Shown piece by piece: positions 15,890-27,021 of a stretch of DNA of 64,000 bases (position 1 is its first letter; every line of letters begins with the position of its first letter). The notes beneath the pieces are model-generated. The model saw only the letters and a program-made list of their open reading frames with translations, made no database searches and had not been told where the DNA came from. The DNA is from Scenedesmus sp. PABB004 (Eukaryota), in assembly GCA_014905635.1 (NCBI GenBank), contig JABVCE010000016.1, positions 744,001 through 808,000 on the forward strand, read 5' to 3'. A program made the position numbers and the translations under genes.

Positions 15890-16348
15890 GCTGGGCGGCG
15901 GGCCGCGGCGCGGCGCCTCAGGGCTGGGGCAGGAGGGCGGGCCCGCTGCTGCCGCTGCTGCCGCCGCCCGGCCGGCGCGTGCGGCGCGGCGCGGTGTTCG
16001 TCGCGCCTGCGAGTGTGCCGGCGCAGCGTGCCACTGGGCCAGAGCGCCGGCCCGCCAGGGGCGCGGTCCAGCGCGCGGCCCAGCCCGGGACCGCGACGCG
16101 CGCAAAGCCCGGCGCAGGCGCTCTGGCGCTCCCCCGCGCCCGGCAGTCGCGCCACACCTTCCCCAGTGTCGCGCGCCGCGTCCCGAGCGCCGCCACAGGC
16201 ACCTTCGCCACCGCACCGACCGGCGCCGCCGCCGGAGCAGCAGTAGGGGCGCACGCGGCGCCGCCGCCGGAGCAGCACCACCAGGGGCGCACGCAGCGCC
16301 ACCGCTGTAGCAGCAGCACTACCAGGGCGCGGAGGCAAGCCCTGCACG

Positions 16349-16817
16349 ATGCAGGGCAAGGTCTCCGACCACTTCAGGGCGAGCAAGCCCGGCTCGTCGA
16401 AGGCCCGTGGCAAGGCCGGCAAGGCAGCGGCGGCCGAGCTGCTGGGCGCGCACGGCGAAGCTGCCACGTCCAACCGTGAGCCGCCGCCGCGCCGCCGCGC
16501 GGCGCCGGGAGGAGGCCGGCCGGGGGGCTCGCCGCGGGGCAGGGCAGAGCAGCGAGGCGCCCGCGGGGGCGGGCCAGCCTCACGCCGCCGCCGCGCCGCC
16601 GCCGCGGCCCGCAGTCGACGTGAGCGAGGAGGAGCGCCTGCTGCGCGCGTTCGACCTCGAGACGCGCTTCGGCCCCTGCGCCGGCCTCAGCCGCCTGGAG
16701 CGGTGGGAGCGCGCGGAGAAGTTTGGGCTGTCGCCGCCGCCGGCGGTCAAGGCGCTGCTGACCGGGCCGGGCGTCCCGGAGGCGCTCAACCGGTGCCTCT
16801 GGGACGGCCGCATCTGA
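16349..16817 (+). CDS. POLD4: DNA polymerase delta subunit 4 (p12/Cdm1), 2 exons
   Basis: N-terminal PIP-like QGKVSDHF; after the intron (about 16476-16614), LLRAFDLETRFGPCAGLSRLERWERAEKFGLSPP and CLWDGRI. Confidence 0.9.
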
Positions 16818-17299
16818 CGCGCCGCGCCCCGACAGCGGCAGCACTGCGGAGGGAGGGAGCGAGACCGACTTGGACGCGCCGGCGCGGGCGGCGGTTGCGA
16901 GCGCGGCGCGGGGGGCGTTGTGCGAGCGGCGCGCCGCCGTCGCTGTGCAGGGCTGGGGCAGGAGGGGGCGGTAGGGCGTGCGGAGGCAGGCTGCCGGCGG
17001 TGCTGAGGCGTTGACGGTACTGAGGGGCGGGGGACCCCGCGTGTGCAGGGTTGGTCGGCGTGCGGTGCGGGTGTGAACCAGGCAGCAGGATGGGCGCGCG
17101 GCGCAGGGTCGGGCGCAGCGAGTGCTGGGCCAGCGGCTGCTGCCGTGCGGGAGCCCCGGGACGCCGCCGCCGGCGGTGAGACATCCGCCGCGGCTGGCTG
17201 GCGAGGGCGGCGCGACGGGCGGCGCGGGGGCGCGTAACGGCGCGCGTGGTTTTGCCGTGCCGCAACTGCGCGCCCAACAACTCCGGTCGCCGCCGGGTC

Positions 17300-18056
17300 T
17301 CAGGTCTTGCGGTTGAAGCGGTCGATGCCCTGCCAGGGCGGCGCACGGCAGGCGGCGGCGGGTGGGCGCCGTCGGGGCGGGGGCGCGAGGGGTGCAGCAG
17401 CGCGCTCACGACAAGCCGCCCCCCGGCCGCGCCGTGCACCGCCGCACCGCCGCGCCGTGCACCGCCTGGTCGCCCTGGCCCGCGCCTGGGCCCGTGTGGC
17501 TGCGGTCGTACTGCGGGGCCTTGTCCTGCCGCGCCTGGGCCTCCATGCGCATCAGCTGCGGCGGCCGCACGGCGCGCCGCGGTCGGGCGGGCGGCGCGCA
17601 GCCGGCATCGCGCAGCCGCTGCGCACGCCGCGCGCTGGGCCGCGCGCTGGGCCGCGCGCACGTGCTTCTCGTCGGCGCTGGGCGCGGCGCCGTGCTCGCC
17701 CCGCAGCTCGTCTGGCAGCTCGCTCGGGCGCTGCTGTGTTTCGTGGGCGAGCCGGACGCCGATCGCGCGCGTCGCGCCCAGGCCGCGCGTCGCCTCGGCG
17801 CCGTGCTGCCGTCCTCGCTCTCGTGGATGGCGTCAACCAGCTCCTGGGGCGGCTTGAGCTCCCGCGTCGCCTTCTGCGCGCGGCACAGCGTGCGGCGCGC
17901 GCAGCAGCGGCGGCGGCGGCGGCGGCGGCGGGGCCTTGCGCTGCGATCGCGCAGCACCGGCCGGCGCCAGCGCTGGGCGAGGCTAGCACTGAGCGGGGCT
18001 GGCGTGGGGCAGCGCGCCCCGCGCGGGCGACGGCGCGGCCGCTGCGCGCGCACCAT
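17300..18056 (-). CDS. Hypothetical small hydrophilic protein, 4 exons
   Basis: ATG directly followed by a GT donor (18053); exons KATRELKPPQELVDAIHESEDG..ADEKH, LMRMEAQARQDKAPQYDRSH.., GIDRFNRKT*. Requires one extra base near 17810. Confidence 0.5.
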
Positions 18057-18190
18057 CGCGGCGGGCGGGCGTGGGCGGGCGCGGCGGCGGTCCGCGATCG
18101 CGTCGGCGGCGGTGTCTGCGGCGGCGGGGCTGCTCGCGGCGCCATCCGTGCGCTGAGGGGTCGCGCGCGGTTTTGCGCCATACCCCCGCG

Positions 18191-19433
18191 TCACGCCCCG
18201 CCCGCGCGCAGCGCCGCCACCGCCCGCCGCGCGGCGTGGCCGCGGAACGCCGCCTGCACGGTCGTCGCGGCCGCGCCGCGCCGCGCGTCCGCCCCGAGCG
18301 GCTCCTCTGGCGGCGCCGCCGCTGCTGCGCCGCCGTGCCCGCCGCTGCCGCCCGCCGCGCTCGCCGCGCTCGCCGCGGACGCTGCGCTCGCGGCCTTGGC
18401 CTCCGCCGCCGCGCCCGCCGCCGCCGCCTGCGCCGCCAGCGCCGCCGCGGCGGCGGGGTCGAGCTGCGTGTGGGGGCGGTTGGGGTTGTTGTCGAGCAGC
18501 CAGCTCCCCAGGAACGCCACGGCGGCGAGGCGGTCGCTCGTGGGCTTCTCCCGCGCGAGCGCGGTCAGCGCCTTGACCAGCGTCGGCTGCAGCCGCGCCG
18601 CAATGTACTCCTGCGCGGCGGCGGGGCGCGCGCCACGGGTGAGGCGGCCGGCGCCGCCGGGGCAGGGCGCGCGCCGGGCAGCGCGCCGGCGTGCGCGCGC
18701 GCGCGCGCCTGCGCCGCGGCCGCGTCGGCGGCCGCGCCCGCGAGCTGCAGCTTGGGGAAGAGCAGCCGTATCTCGCGCGCCGCGGCCTCGGCGCTGTCCG
18801 AGCCGTGCACCGCGTTGCGCGTGGCGTCGCTGCCGTAGAGGGCGCGCAGGCTGCGGCACGCAGGGGCGCGCGGGGGTGGCGGTGGCGCCCGCGCCGCCGC
18901 CCCGGCTGCGCGCCCACCCCACACCAGCGCGCCCGGCGGCCGCGGCGGGCGCACCTCTTGGGCGCCGCGAGGCGCGCGTCGAGCACGCTGGTCGGGCCAG
19001 CCAGCTCGCGCCAGGCGGCGACCGCGCCGGCGCGTGCGAGCACCATCGCCACAGCCGGCCCGCCGGTCATGAACTCCACCAGGCCAGCGAAGAAGGGCTT
19101 GCCGGCGTGCTCGGAGTAAAACGCCTCCGCGAGGCGCGGCGGCATCTGTCGCGCAGCAGCGGCGCGCGGCGCGTGCGGTGCGGCGGGCGTGAGGCGCGCG
19201 GCGGGGTGTGGCGGGGGGTCCCAGTCGGCTGGCTCGCTCGAGTGCCACTGGCAGCTGCCTGGGCGCCCCGTGCCGCCCACAGGCGCGCCAGCCAGCGCCC
19301 GGGCGCGCGCGCTCGCCTGCAGCTGCCGCCGCGCCAGCACGATGAAGCCCGCCATCTCCGCGAGCTGCGTGATCTCCTGCGCCTTTCCCGCGGCCACGGC
19401 GTCGGGCTTCACGATGGCGAGCGTGTACTCCAT
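18191..19433 (-). CDS. RSP23: Nucleoside diphosphate kinase NDK5/NME5 type (radial spoke protein 23-like) with Dpy-30 and IQ motifs
   Basis: TLAIVKPDAV, AFYSEHAGKPFF, SLRALYGSDATRNAVHGSDS, Dpy-30-like EYIAARLQPTLVKALTALAREKP, IQ motif ATTVQAAFRGHAARR. Confidence 0.85.
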
Positions 19434-19569
19434 GGCGGGGGCCGCTGCTGCGCAGCGTTGACCGCGCGACCGCGGCGCAGCCGTGCGCTCCGGGTGCACG
19501 GAGTGCGGCCGCTTGCGCTCGGCCCGCCGCCGGTCGCAGCACGAGCGCGGGCGGCGGGCACGCCCGACG

Positions 19570-22500
19570 TTACAGCGGCTCTGCGCGGCGCGCCCCGGCA
19601 GCGGCGACGCCGTGCCGCGGCGGCCGCCACACGCGCGCGCGCACCGCGTCCGCGTCCAGCGCGCCGCCCCGCGCAAGCAGCACGCCATCCAGCAGGCTGC
19701 GCGGCGCGCCCGGGTCGGGCGGCAGGCCGCACCAGCCGCGCAGCGCCGCGACGAGCTCGTCGCCGCCGCAGCCCGCGTGCAGGCCCATCGCCGCCGCCGC
19801 GGCCGCGCGCAGCCCGGCGGACCGCTCGGCGGCGCCGTCGGCGTCGTCTGCCTCGGCGAGCGGCGCAAACACGCCGTCGCACAGCGCCGCCGCGACGCAC
19901 CAGGCGGTGAGGTAGCAATGGTATGTCCCGGCATGTGCAGCCATGACCGGCAGTAGCGCGAGCTGCGGGGCGCGCGCAGCGAACGGCGCCCGCCGCAGCG
20001 GTCAACGGTGCATCCAGCTGAGCAGCAGCGCCAGCGGCGGCGGCGCGCAGCGGCAGCCCCGCGCGGCGCTGCCGGCGCGCACCTCGCGCAGGCTGCCGCC
20101 CGCCGCCACGGCGCCCGGCAGCCCCCCGACGGCGCGCCACGCGGCGCGCCAGTGGTCGCTGCAGGCGGCGGCGCCCAGCTCCCCAAGCGCCTGCTCCGCC
20201 AGCCCCGTCGCGACGCGGCCAGCGAGCGCGAGCGCGCTTGCGTAGCGCGCCCGATACCAGTCCGCCAGCGCGCGCGCGAGCTCGTCCGGCAGCGGCGCCC
20301 CGCTGGGCCCAGCGTGGCGGCAGACGCGCGCGAGCACGGCCGGCCGCGTCAGCAGGCACTCCATGAGCTGCGACGGCACCTCCAGCAGGTCGGGCGGCAG
20401 AAAGCGCCCCGACAGGTGCGCGGCGGGCTGCCTGCGTCGGCCCGGCCGGCGCGGGCGCCGGGGCGTCAGCGCGCGCAGCGCGCACGGCAGCCGGGCAGGC
20501 CCGGCAGAGCTGCGGGGGTCACCTGCTGCTGAGGATGAGGTGCAAAGCGTGGCCCATCTCGTGCCCCAGCTCCCACAGCTGCGCGACTGACAGCACACCC
20601 ACACTGCCGCCGCCGCCGCTGGCCGGCTCCGCCTCGTCCAGCGGCCCCTGCTCCTGCAGCAGCCGCTGGCCCGCGCCGGCGTCACCGGCGCCGGCGCTGC
20701 CGCCGAGGCGCCGCCCCGAGATGCCCACCGCGACCACCGGCGCGCCGCCGCACCGCTCCAGCAGCGCCGCCTGCGCCGCGGGCGGCAGCTCCGCCCAGCC
20801 GCGCGCATCGGGCGGCGCTGCGACCGGCGGCGGGCCCCCTGGCTCCGACGCGCGGGTCAAGCGAAGCTGGCGCGCGCCGTAGCCGCCACCGACATCCACG
20901 TACGCCACGCCCAGCAGCTGCAGGCCAGTGCCGCCGCCGCCACCGCCGCCGCCGCCGTCCGCGCCCTGCTGCCGCCGCACGACCATGGCGACGGCCACGT
21001 CGGCGCGCCACGTCTCTGCCTCGACCGCGGGGCGCAGCATCAGCTCGCACCCCAGCGTGCGCTGAAGCAGGTCGCTGAGGCCGGACAGCACGCCGCCGAG
21101 CGTGAGGTGCTCCGCCAGGCGCGGGTCGCGCAGCGGCTGCAGCAGCGGCGCGCGTGCGCGGTTCGCCAGCCAGTCCCAGTCCCAGGGGCCGTGCTGCGGC
21201 TCCTGCTGCTCCAGCTGCTGCTCCTGCTGCTGCTCCTGCTCCAGCTCCTGCAGCTGCTCCTGCTCCTGCTCCTGCTGCCGCTTCTGCTGCTGCTCGTCCG
21301 GCTGAGGCAGCTGCCGCAGAACCCACGCCACCTCCTCGTCTGCCAGCGGCTGCAGGGCGGCCGCCAGCTGGAGCAGGAAGTCCACGGGGGTGCTGCTCGC
21401 CCCACCACCGCCGCTGCCGTCGCTGTGCGCGTCGCCGTCGTCGCCGTCGGCGCCGGACCCGGGCGCCGCAAAGGCAGCGGTCAGGCGCTGTGATGTCTGC
21501 GCCAGGTAGCTGGCATGCCCCGCCAGCCGCGCCTGCTGCTGCCGGCAGTTGGCGAGCGCGCCGAGCAGCCGCGCCGCCTCGGCGAGGCGCGGGCGGAGGG
21601 CCTGCAGGTACGCCGCGCGCCGCACGCGGCCGTCGCCGCAGCGCTGCAGCAGCTGCTCCAGCACGCCCCGCGTCACCTGCACCACGTGAGTCGTCGAAGG
21701 CGCGGCGCCGCCGTCCGCTGCCCCCGCCCCTGCCGGCTGCTGCTCCGCCAGCAGCACGGCCAGCGGCGCGGGCAGCTCCAGCGGCACTGGGGCGGCGACG
21801 GACGGTGGCAGGGGCAGCGGCGCGGCCGTCAGCAGGGCTGCGCGGCGCCGCACGCCCCCGCGCGGCACGCCCCCGCGCGGCACGGCGCGGCGCGGCGCGG
21901 CGCGCACCCGGCCGGCGCAGCGCGTCGTCGATCGCGGCGATCGTGGCGGCCTCCCGCGCGCGCAGCGCCGCGAGCGCCTGCGCGTTGCTGTCGGGCGCCT
22001 CCAGCGCGGCGAGCCAGTCCAGCGAGTCGCGCGGCACGTAGCGCGCGTACGCCGCCGCGAGCACGCCGCACAGGCGCAGCTGCTGCGCGCGCGACAGGCC
22101 GTCGCCCGCGCCGTCGTCGCCGGCGGCGGCGCCGCGCTGCGCCTGCTGGCGCAGGCGCTCGCGCGCGCCGGCCAGGCGCGCCGCCGCGGCCTTGCTGCCG
22201 CACAGGTGCGCCTCGTACTTGGCGCAGTCGGCCGCCACCTGGGCCGCCGCCGCCGCCCACGCGGGGTCGGCGTGGCACTGCGAGACGTGCACCGCGAGCG
22301 CGCGCGCGCTGCGCAGCTCCGCGAGCGCCGCGTCGAGCGCCGCCAGCAGGCGGCCCGGGCTGCTCGTGCGCAGCGCGGCGCCCCACGCCGCCTCCAGGCG
22401 CGGCCGCACGGCGCCGCGCCAGTGGCGGTCGTACGCGTCCGGCGCGCCGACGCCGGGCAGGCAGAGCAGGCCGGGCGGGCGCGGCGCCTGCTGCTGCGCG

Positions 22501-22628
22501 GCCCGCGGCGGCGCAGCGGCAGCGGCGGCCGCCACGCGCCGCGCGGCGCGGCACGGCGGCTGCGCGCGCACCGCAGCGCGCCGCCGGGCGCACCGCGTCG
22601 CCGGCCGCGGCGCGGCGGGCGCGTGCAT
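19570..22628 (-). CDS. M3-family zinc metallopeptidase (mitochondrial intermediate peptidase/oligopeptidase-like), divergent
   Basis: LGHEMGHALH (HExxH), DLLEVPSQLME (third ligand Glu), GTYHCYL; Arg/Ala-rich N-terminus resembling a transit peptide; 3 GT-AG introns. Confidence 0.8.
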
Positions 22629-23146
22629 CGCCCGCCCCCGCCGCCCGCCGGGGGCGAGAGCGGCAGCAGCGGCGCCCGCCGCAGGCGAGCGCGGCGCAGC
22701 GGCGGCCGGGCGGCCGCGCCGGCGAGGCGGCGGCAGCGGTACTTGGCGGCGGGTCTGGCGACGCCGGCAGCGGCGGCGGCGGCAACGGGCGTCAAAGCAG
22801 CGGCGCTCGTTGAAGCGCCGCGGCGCAGCGGACCGTCGGGGCGCCAAGTGCGAACCGCCCGCACTCGCTTGCCCACGCACAGACGCGCCACCCCGCCGTC
22901 CGCCGCCCCCAGACTCGCCTGCAGGCGTGCTGCCTCGCCATCAGCGCTCCCCTCCCAGCTGGGCGCGGTCTGGGCCGAGCCGCGTCGCGTGCGAGTCCGC
23001 ACAGACACTGCGCATACCGTGCGCCGGTTGCAGCGCCAGGCAGGGCACAGCCAGGGCGACAGCAGCAGCAGCAGCAGACCCGGCGCCGCTGCCGCCGCGA
23101 TCGCGCGCGCCGGCCGCGGGCGTCGCGCGGCCGCCCGCCGGGCGCC

Positions 23147-23933
23147 ATGTCTAAGGAGGAGGAGCTGTCGGACAGCACGGGCGTCGCGCACATGGTCGGC
23201 GGTGCGTGGCGGCGCAGCCGGCTGCGCGGCGTCGACCGCGCCCCCGCCTCCACCCGCCCACGCCCACGCCCGCCCCCGCCGGCTCGCCGCGCCGCGGCGC
23301 CGCAGGCGTGGTGAAGGTCATCACCAACGACGGCCGCGTGGTCAAGGCACGCGCGCGCGCGCGCAACAGCGGCCCCGGCAGCGCGGCGCGTCGCGGCGCC
23401 CGGCCGGCCGCCGACGCGCGCGCTCGCCCTCGCGCCCTTGCCCCCCTTGCCCCCTTGCGCAGGGCGTGCTGCGGGGGTACGACCAGACCAATAATGTCAT
23501 CATCGAGGACTGCTGCGAGCTCGTGTTCAGCACCACGGTGCGGCGGCCCCGCGGAGCGAGCGAGCCCGCCGACGCGCGGCCCCGACCGCGCCAGCTGCGC
23601 GCAGCGCCGCCCACCTGCCTCTCCCGCGCGCGCCGCTCCCGCGTGCGCCGCAGGCGGGCGTGCAGCTGGCTGAGATGGGACTGCAGGTCATCCGCGGCAG
23701 CAACGTGTGAGCGGCGCGGGCGGCGCCGCGGGCGCGGGCGCCGCGCGCGGGCGCCGCGCGCGGGCGCCGCGCTGCGACCCTCACGCGCCGCGCCCCGCCC
23801 GCCGCCGCTGCCGCCTGCCGCCGCGCGCGTGGGCGGGGGCAGCGCCGTGATCGGCGAGGTGGACGAGGAGGCGTACGAGGCCATCGACCTGGACCAGCTG
23901 CGCGCGGCGCCGCTCAAGCCCATCGCGCACTAG
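23147..23933 (+). CDS. LSM8: Sm-like protein LSm8, 5 exons
   Basis: VKVITNDGRVVK|GVLRGYDQTNNVII, GLQVIRGSNVAVIGEVDEE, LRAAPLKPIAH. Confidence 0.92.
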
Positions 23934-24016
23934 CGGGCCCGCCCGCCGCGCGTGCGGGCCTCCTGGGTTTGCAACCGCCCCCTCCCCCCCTTCCCGCGCC
24001 TCGCTCGCCCGCCCGC

Positions 24017-24405
24017 TCACTCGCGCGCCGCGGCGGCCTCCTCCCGCACGCCCAGCAGCGGCGCCGGCGCGCAGGGCCCGCCCGCGTCGGCCGCGCCGTC
24101 GCCCGGCGCCGGCAGCACGTCGACCGGCCCCGCCTCGGCCGCCTCGAGCTCGGTCGCCGTCAGCTCGCCGACCGCGCGCCCCAGCAGCGCGCCCGCCGCC
24201 GCCGCGGCGACCACGGGCGCCGCGCCGCCTGCGTGCGCCGGCCGCGCGTGCTGAGCGGCGAGCGGCGCCGGCCGGCCGCGGCGCTGCGGGCGGGCGCACC
24301 GAGGACCGCGCCCGCCGCCAGGGCTCCGCCGGCCGCGCCCGCGAGCGTGCCGGCCGCCTTGGCCGCGCCGCCCTCCGCGCCCGGCTGCTGCTGCTCCGCC
24401 GACAT
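24017..24405 (-). CDS. Small glycine-zipper-like protein A (105 aa, 2 exons)
   Basis: gccATG at 24405; intron 24299-24229 (GT-AG); AAGTLAGAAGGALAAGAVLGGAAPVVAAAAAGALLGRAVG followed by an acidic tail. Confidence 0.6.
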
Positions 24406-24510
24406 GGCCGCGGGCGTGGGAGGGCGTGACGGGCTGGGGGCGTGATGGCGGGCGGCTGTGACGCGATCGCGGGCCGGCGGGAGCTCGTCGCCGCGCGGCG
24501 CGGCGGGCGG

Positions 24511-24527
24511 CGTCATGACTCATGACG
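24511..24527. promoter_or_regulatory. 17-bp palindrome CGTCATGACTCATGACG containing the AP-1/GCN4-type bZIP site ATGACTCAT
   Basis: Perfect 8-bp arms around the central C at 24519, in the divergent intergenic region. Confidence 0.6.
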
Positions 24528-24634
24528 ACCGGCACTCAAGCTGCCTCTCCCCGTCTCGATTAGGCCCTTCCCCCCGTCCCGCGGGTCCCCCGCCCACACA
24601 CCCGAGCTCTGGCCGCAACGAACGAACGACCGCG

Positions 24635-24982
24635 ATGGCCGACCCGCGCTCCGACGACGCGCGGCGCGGCATTCCCGCGATCGACCCAGCCGCAGCGGCG
24701 CAGGCGGGGGGCGCGGGCCGCGCGCAGGGCGCGGGCGCGGGCACCGCCTCGGGCGCCGCCCTCGGCGGCGCCGTCGGCGCGGCGGGCGGGCCCGCGGGCG
24801 CGGCGCTCGGCGCGGCGGCGGGCGGGCTCGCCGGCGGCGTCGCGGGCACGGTCGTCGCCGAGCAGCGCGGCGTGGGCGGGCAGGCGCTGTCGATGGGCGC
24901 GGTGCTCGAGCACGCGTCGGGCGAGCCCGCGGGCAGCCCCGCCACCGCCGGCGCGGCCACGGTCGGCGGCGGCGGCGCGTGA
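24635..24982 (+). CDS. Small glycine-zipper protein B (115 aa, intronless)
   Basis: gcgATGG start; GAGAGTASGAALGGAVGAAGGPAGAALGAAAGGLAGGVAG (GxxxG repeats); TGTAA 19 nt after the stop. Confidence 0.7.
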   Translation: MADPRSDDARRGIPAIDPAAAAQAGGAGRAQGAGAGTASGAALGGAVGAAGGPAGAALGAAAGGLAGGVAGTVVAEQRGVGGQALSMGAVLEHASGEPAGSPATAGAATVGGGGA

Positions 24983-25000
24983 TGCGGGCGTTCGGAGGAG

Positions 25001-25037
25001 TGTAATCGGCACCCGCGCGCGGCCGTGTCCGCTTACA
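25001..25037. promoter_or_regulatory. Facing TGTAA poly(A) signals: + at 25001 (glycine-zipper B) and - at 25033-25037 (RPL32)
   Basis: tgtaa and ttaca between two convergent genes. Confidence 0.65.
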
Positions 25038-25118
25038 CAACGACACCCCGCCCGCGCGCGGGCGGCAGCGCCTGCTGCCGCCGCGTGGCACGGGCGCGCG
25101 CGTGCGCGCGCGCGGCGC

Positions 25119-26198
25119 CTACTCGTCCTCCTGGCTGCGCAGCTTGGCGGCCTTGTTGGTGACCGCGATGTTGAGCTGCGTCGCGCGCTCGACAATCTCC
25201 TTGCGCTTGCGCGCCGACACGTCGTGCGCGACCTCGGCGCAGAAGACGCGGTTGTGCATCAGCAGCATCTCCAGGTCCTTCACGTTGTGCACCAGCACCT
25301 GCGCAAGCGGCCGCGCCCCCCGCCGCGGCGATATCAGCGGTCAGCGCTCAGCGCAGGCAGCGGTCGGCGCGCGGTCGCGGTCGCGGTCGTGCCGCGCCGC
25401 GCCGCCACGGCGGGGCCGCCGCCGCCGCGCGCCCGCCCGCCCGCCCGCGGCGCGCACCTTCTTGAAGCCGTTGGGCAGCACGTGGCGGTCCTTCTTGTTG
25501 GTGGCGTAGCCGATGTTGGGCATCTTGATGGCGCCCTTGAACTTCCTGCGAGGCCGCGGCGGCGGCGCGGCGCGGCGCGGTCGGCGCGGCGCGGCCGGCG
25601 GCCGCGGGCCGCGCGGGCTGCCGCCGCCCCGCCGCCGACGGCCCGCTGCTGGCTGGCAGCCGCCGCGAGCCCCGCTCTGATGCGAGTCGCGCGCCGGTGC
25701 CGCCGCGCGCCGCTGCCGCCGGTCGCCGCTGCCGCCGGTCGCCGCTGCCGCTTGCCCTCGCCGACCGCGCGCTGCGCCGCTCGCTGCTGCTGCTGCGCGC
25801 TGCTGCCGCCGCTCGCTGCTGCCGCTCGAGGGCTGCCGCCGCCACAGCTGCCAGCACGGCTGCTGCGCCTGCCGTTGCAGTCGCCACCGCTGCGGCCGCT
25901 GCCGCGGCCACTGCTGCCGCCGTCGCCGCCGCTGCCGCCGCCGCTGCGCGGCCTGCCGCCGCGGCCTGCTGCGCGTCGTCGCCCGCTGCCCCTCCCCCCT
26001 CCACCACCGCCACCGTGAGCCCCTGCTGCAGCCGCAGGAGGCCGCCTGCGCCGCGGCCGCGCACCTGCGCACGCGGCCATCGATACCCTTCGGGCGCCTC
26101 CAGCTGGGCTTGACGCAGAGCTTCCTGTCGCTCTGGTGGCGGTCGAAGTGCTTCTTGCGCTTCACCTCCTTCTTCCGCTTCACCAGCGGCTGCACCAT
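25119..26198 (-). CDS. RPL32: 60S ribosomal protein L32 (eL32), 3 coding exons
   Basis: [74 protein letters not shown]. Confidence 0.97.
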
Positions 26199-27021
26199 CT
26201 TGACCGGTCTGCGGCGGTGGCGGCGGGCGCGCGCGCGCGCAGCAGCAGCGGTGGGCGGCCGGCCGCCGCGCCGTCGCCGCCGCGGCTCCTCGGCCCGCCG
26301 GCCGCCCGCTGCGTGGCGCCCGCTCGCTGGCGCCGCTCTGACGCCGGGGGCGCGCGCCGGGGCTGGCGCGGCCGCCTGGCCGCCGGGGCAGCAGCCCGGG
26401 CTGATGATCGACTGCCGCCCCCGCCTCGCCCTCCGCCGGGGCCAGGGCCGCCCGCCCCGGCCCCGCACGCGCTGCGCCCGCCATGGCGCGTCCGCCAGCC
26501 GCGCGGGCGGCCCCTGTGCCGCTGCTGCCGGCGGGGCGATGCCTGCCCGGGCTGCGCCGTCGTGATGGGGCCGCAGCAGGCGCCGCGAGCCCGCGCTGTC
26601 GCTGTATCACGCCCACGCGCCCCTCCGCGGCCCCTTGAGCGCGGCCGGCCCGCGGCGCGAGCAGCCGACGCCGGCGGGCGCGGGCCGCACCTGCTGCGCC
26701 TGCGCTCCTCGAGGGATTCAGGCCGACGCGCAGCCGAAGAGGGCGAGCCCAGCTGGCGCGGGCGGGCAAGAGCGGGGCAGCAGCCGGTGAACCTCAATAC
26801 CTCGTGGCGGCCCGAGCCCGCGGCCGTCGCTGCCCGCCGCCGTGCCCACGCGGAATGCCGGATGTCACCAGGGGATGACGCGGCGACCGCGCCGCTCGCC
26901 GGCCGCCGTCTGCGCGCCGGCCGCCGCCGGCGCCCCGGCGCCCCCGGGCCCCGCCCGCCAGCGGCGCTGGCTGGCCCTGCCCCCTCGGCAGCAGGCAGCA
27001 GGCCAGGCCCAACACTCCTCG

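Noticed and set aside
25546..26064. Unusually long RPL32 intron as a possible snoRNA host or inserted element
   Set aside because: Composed of degenerate GGC/AGC triplet repeats; no box motifs, terminal repeats or target-site duplication seen.
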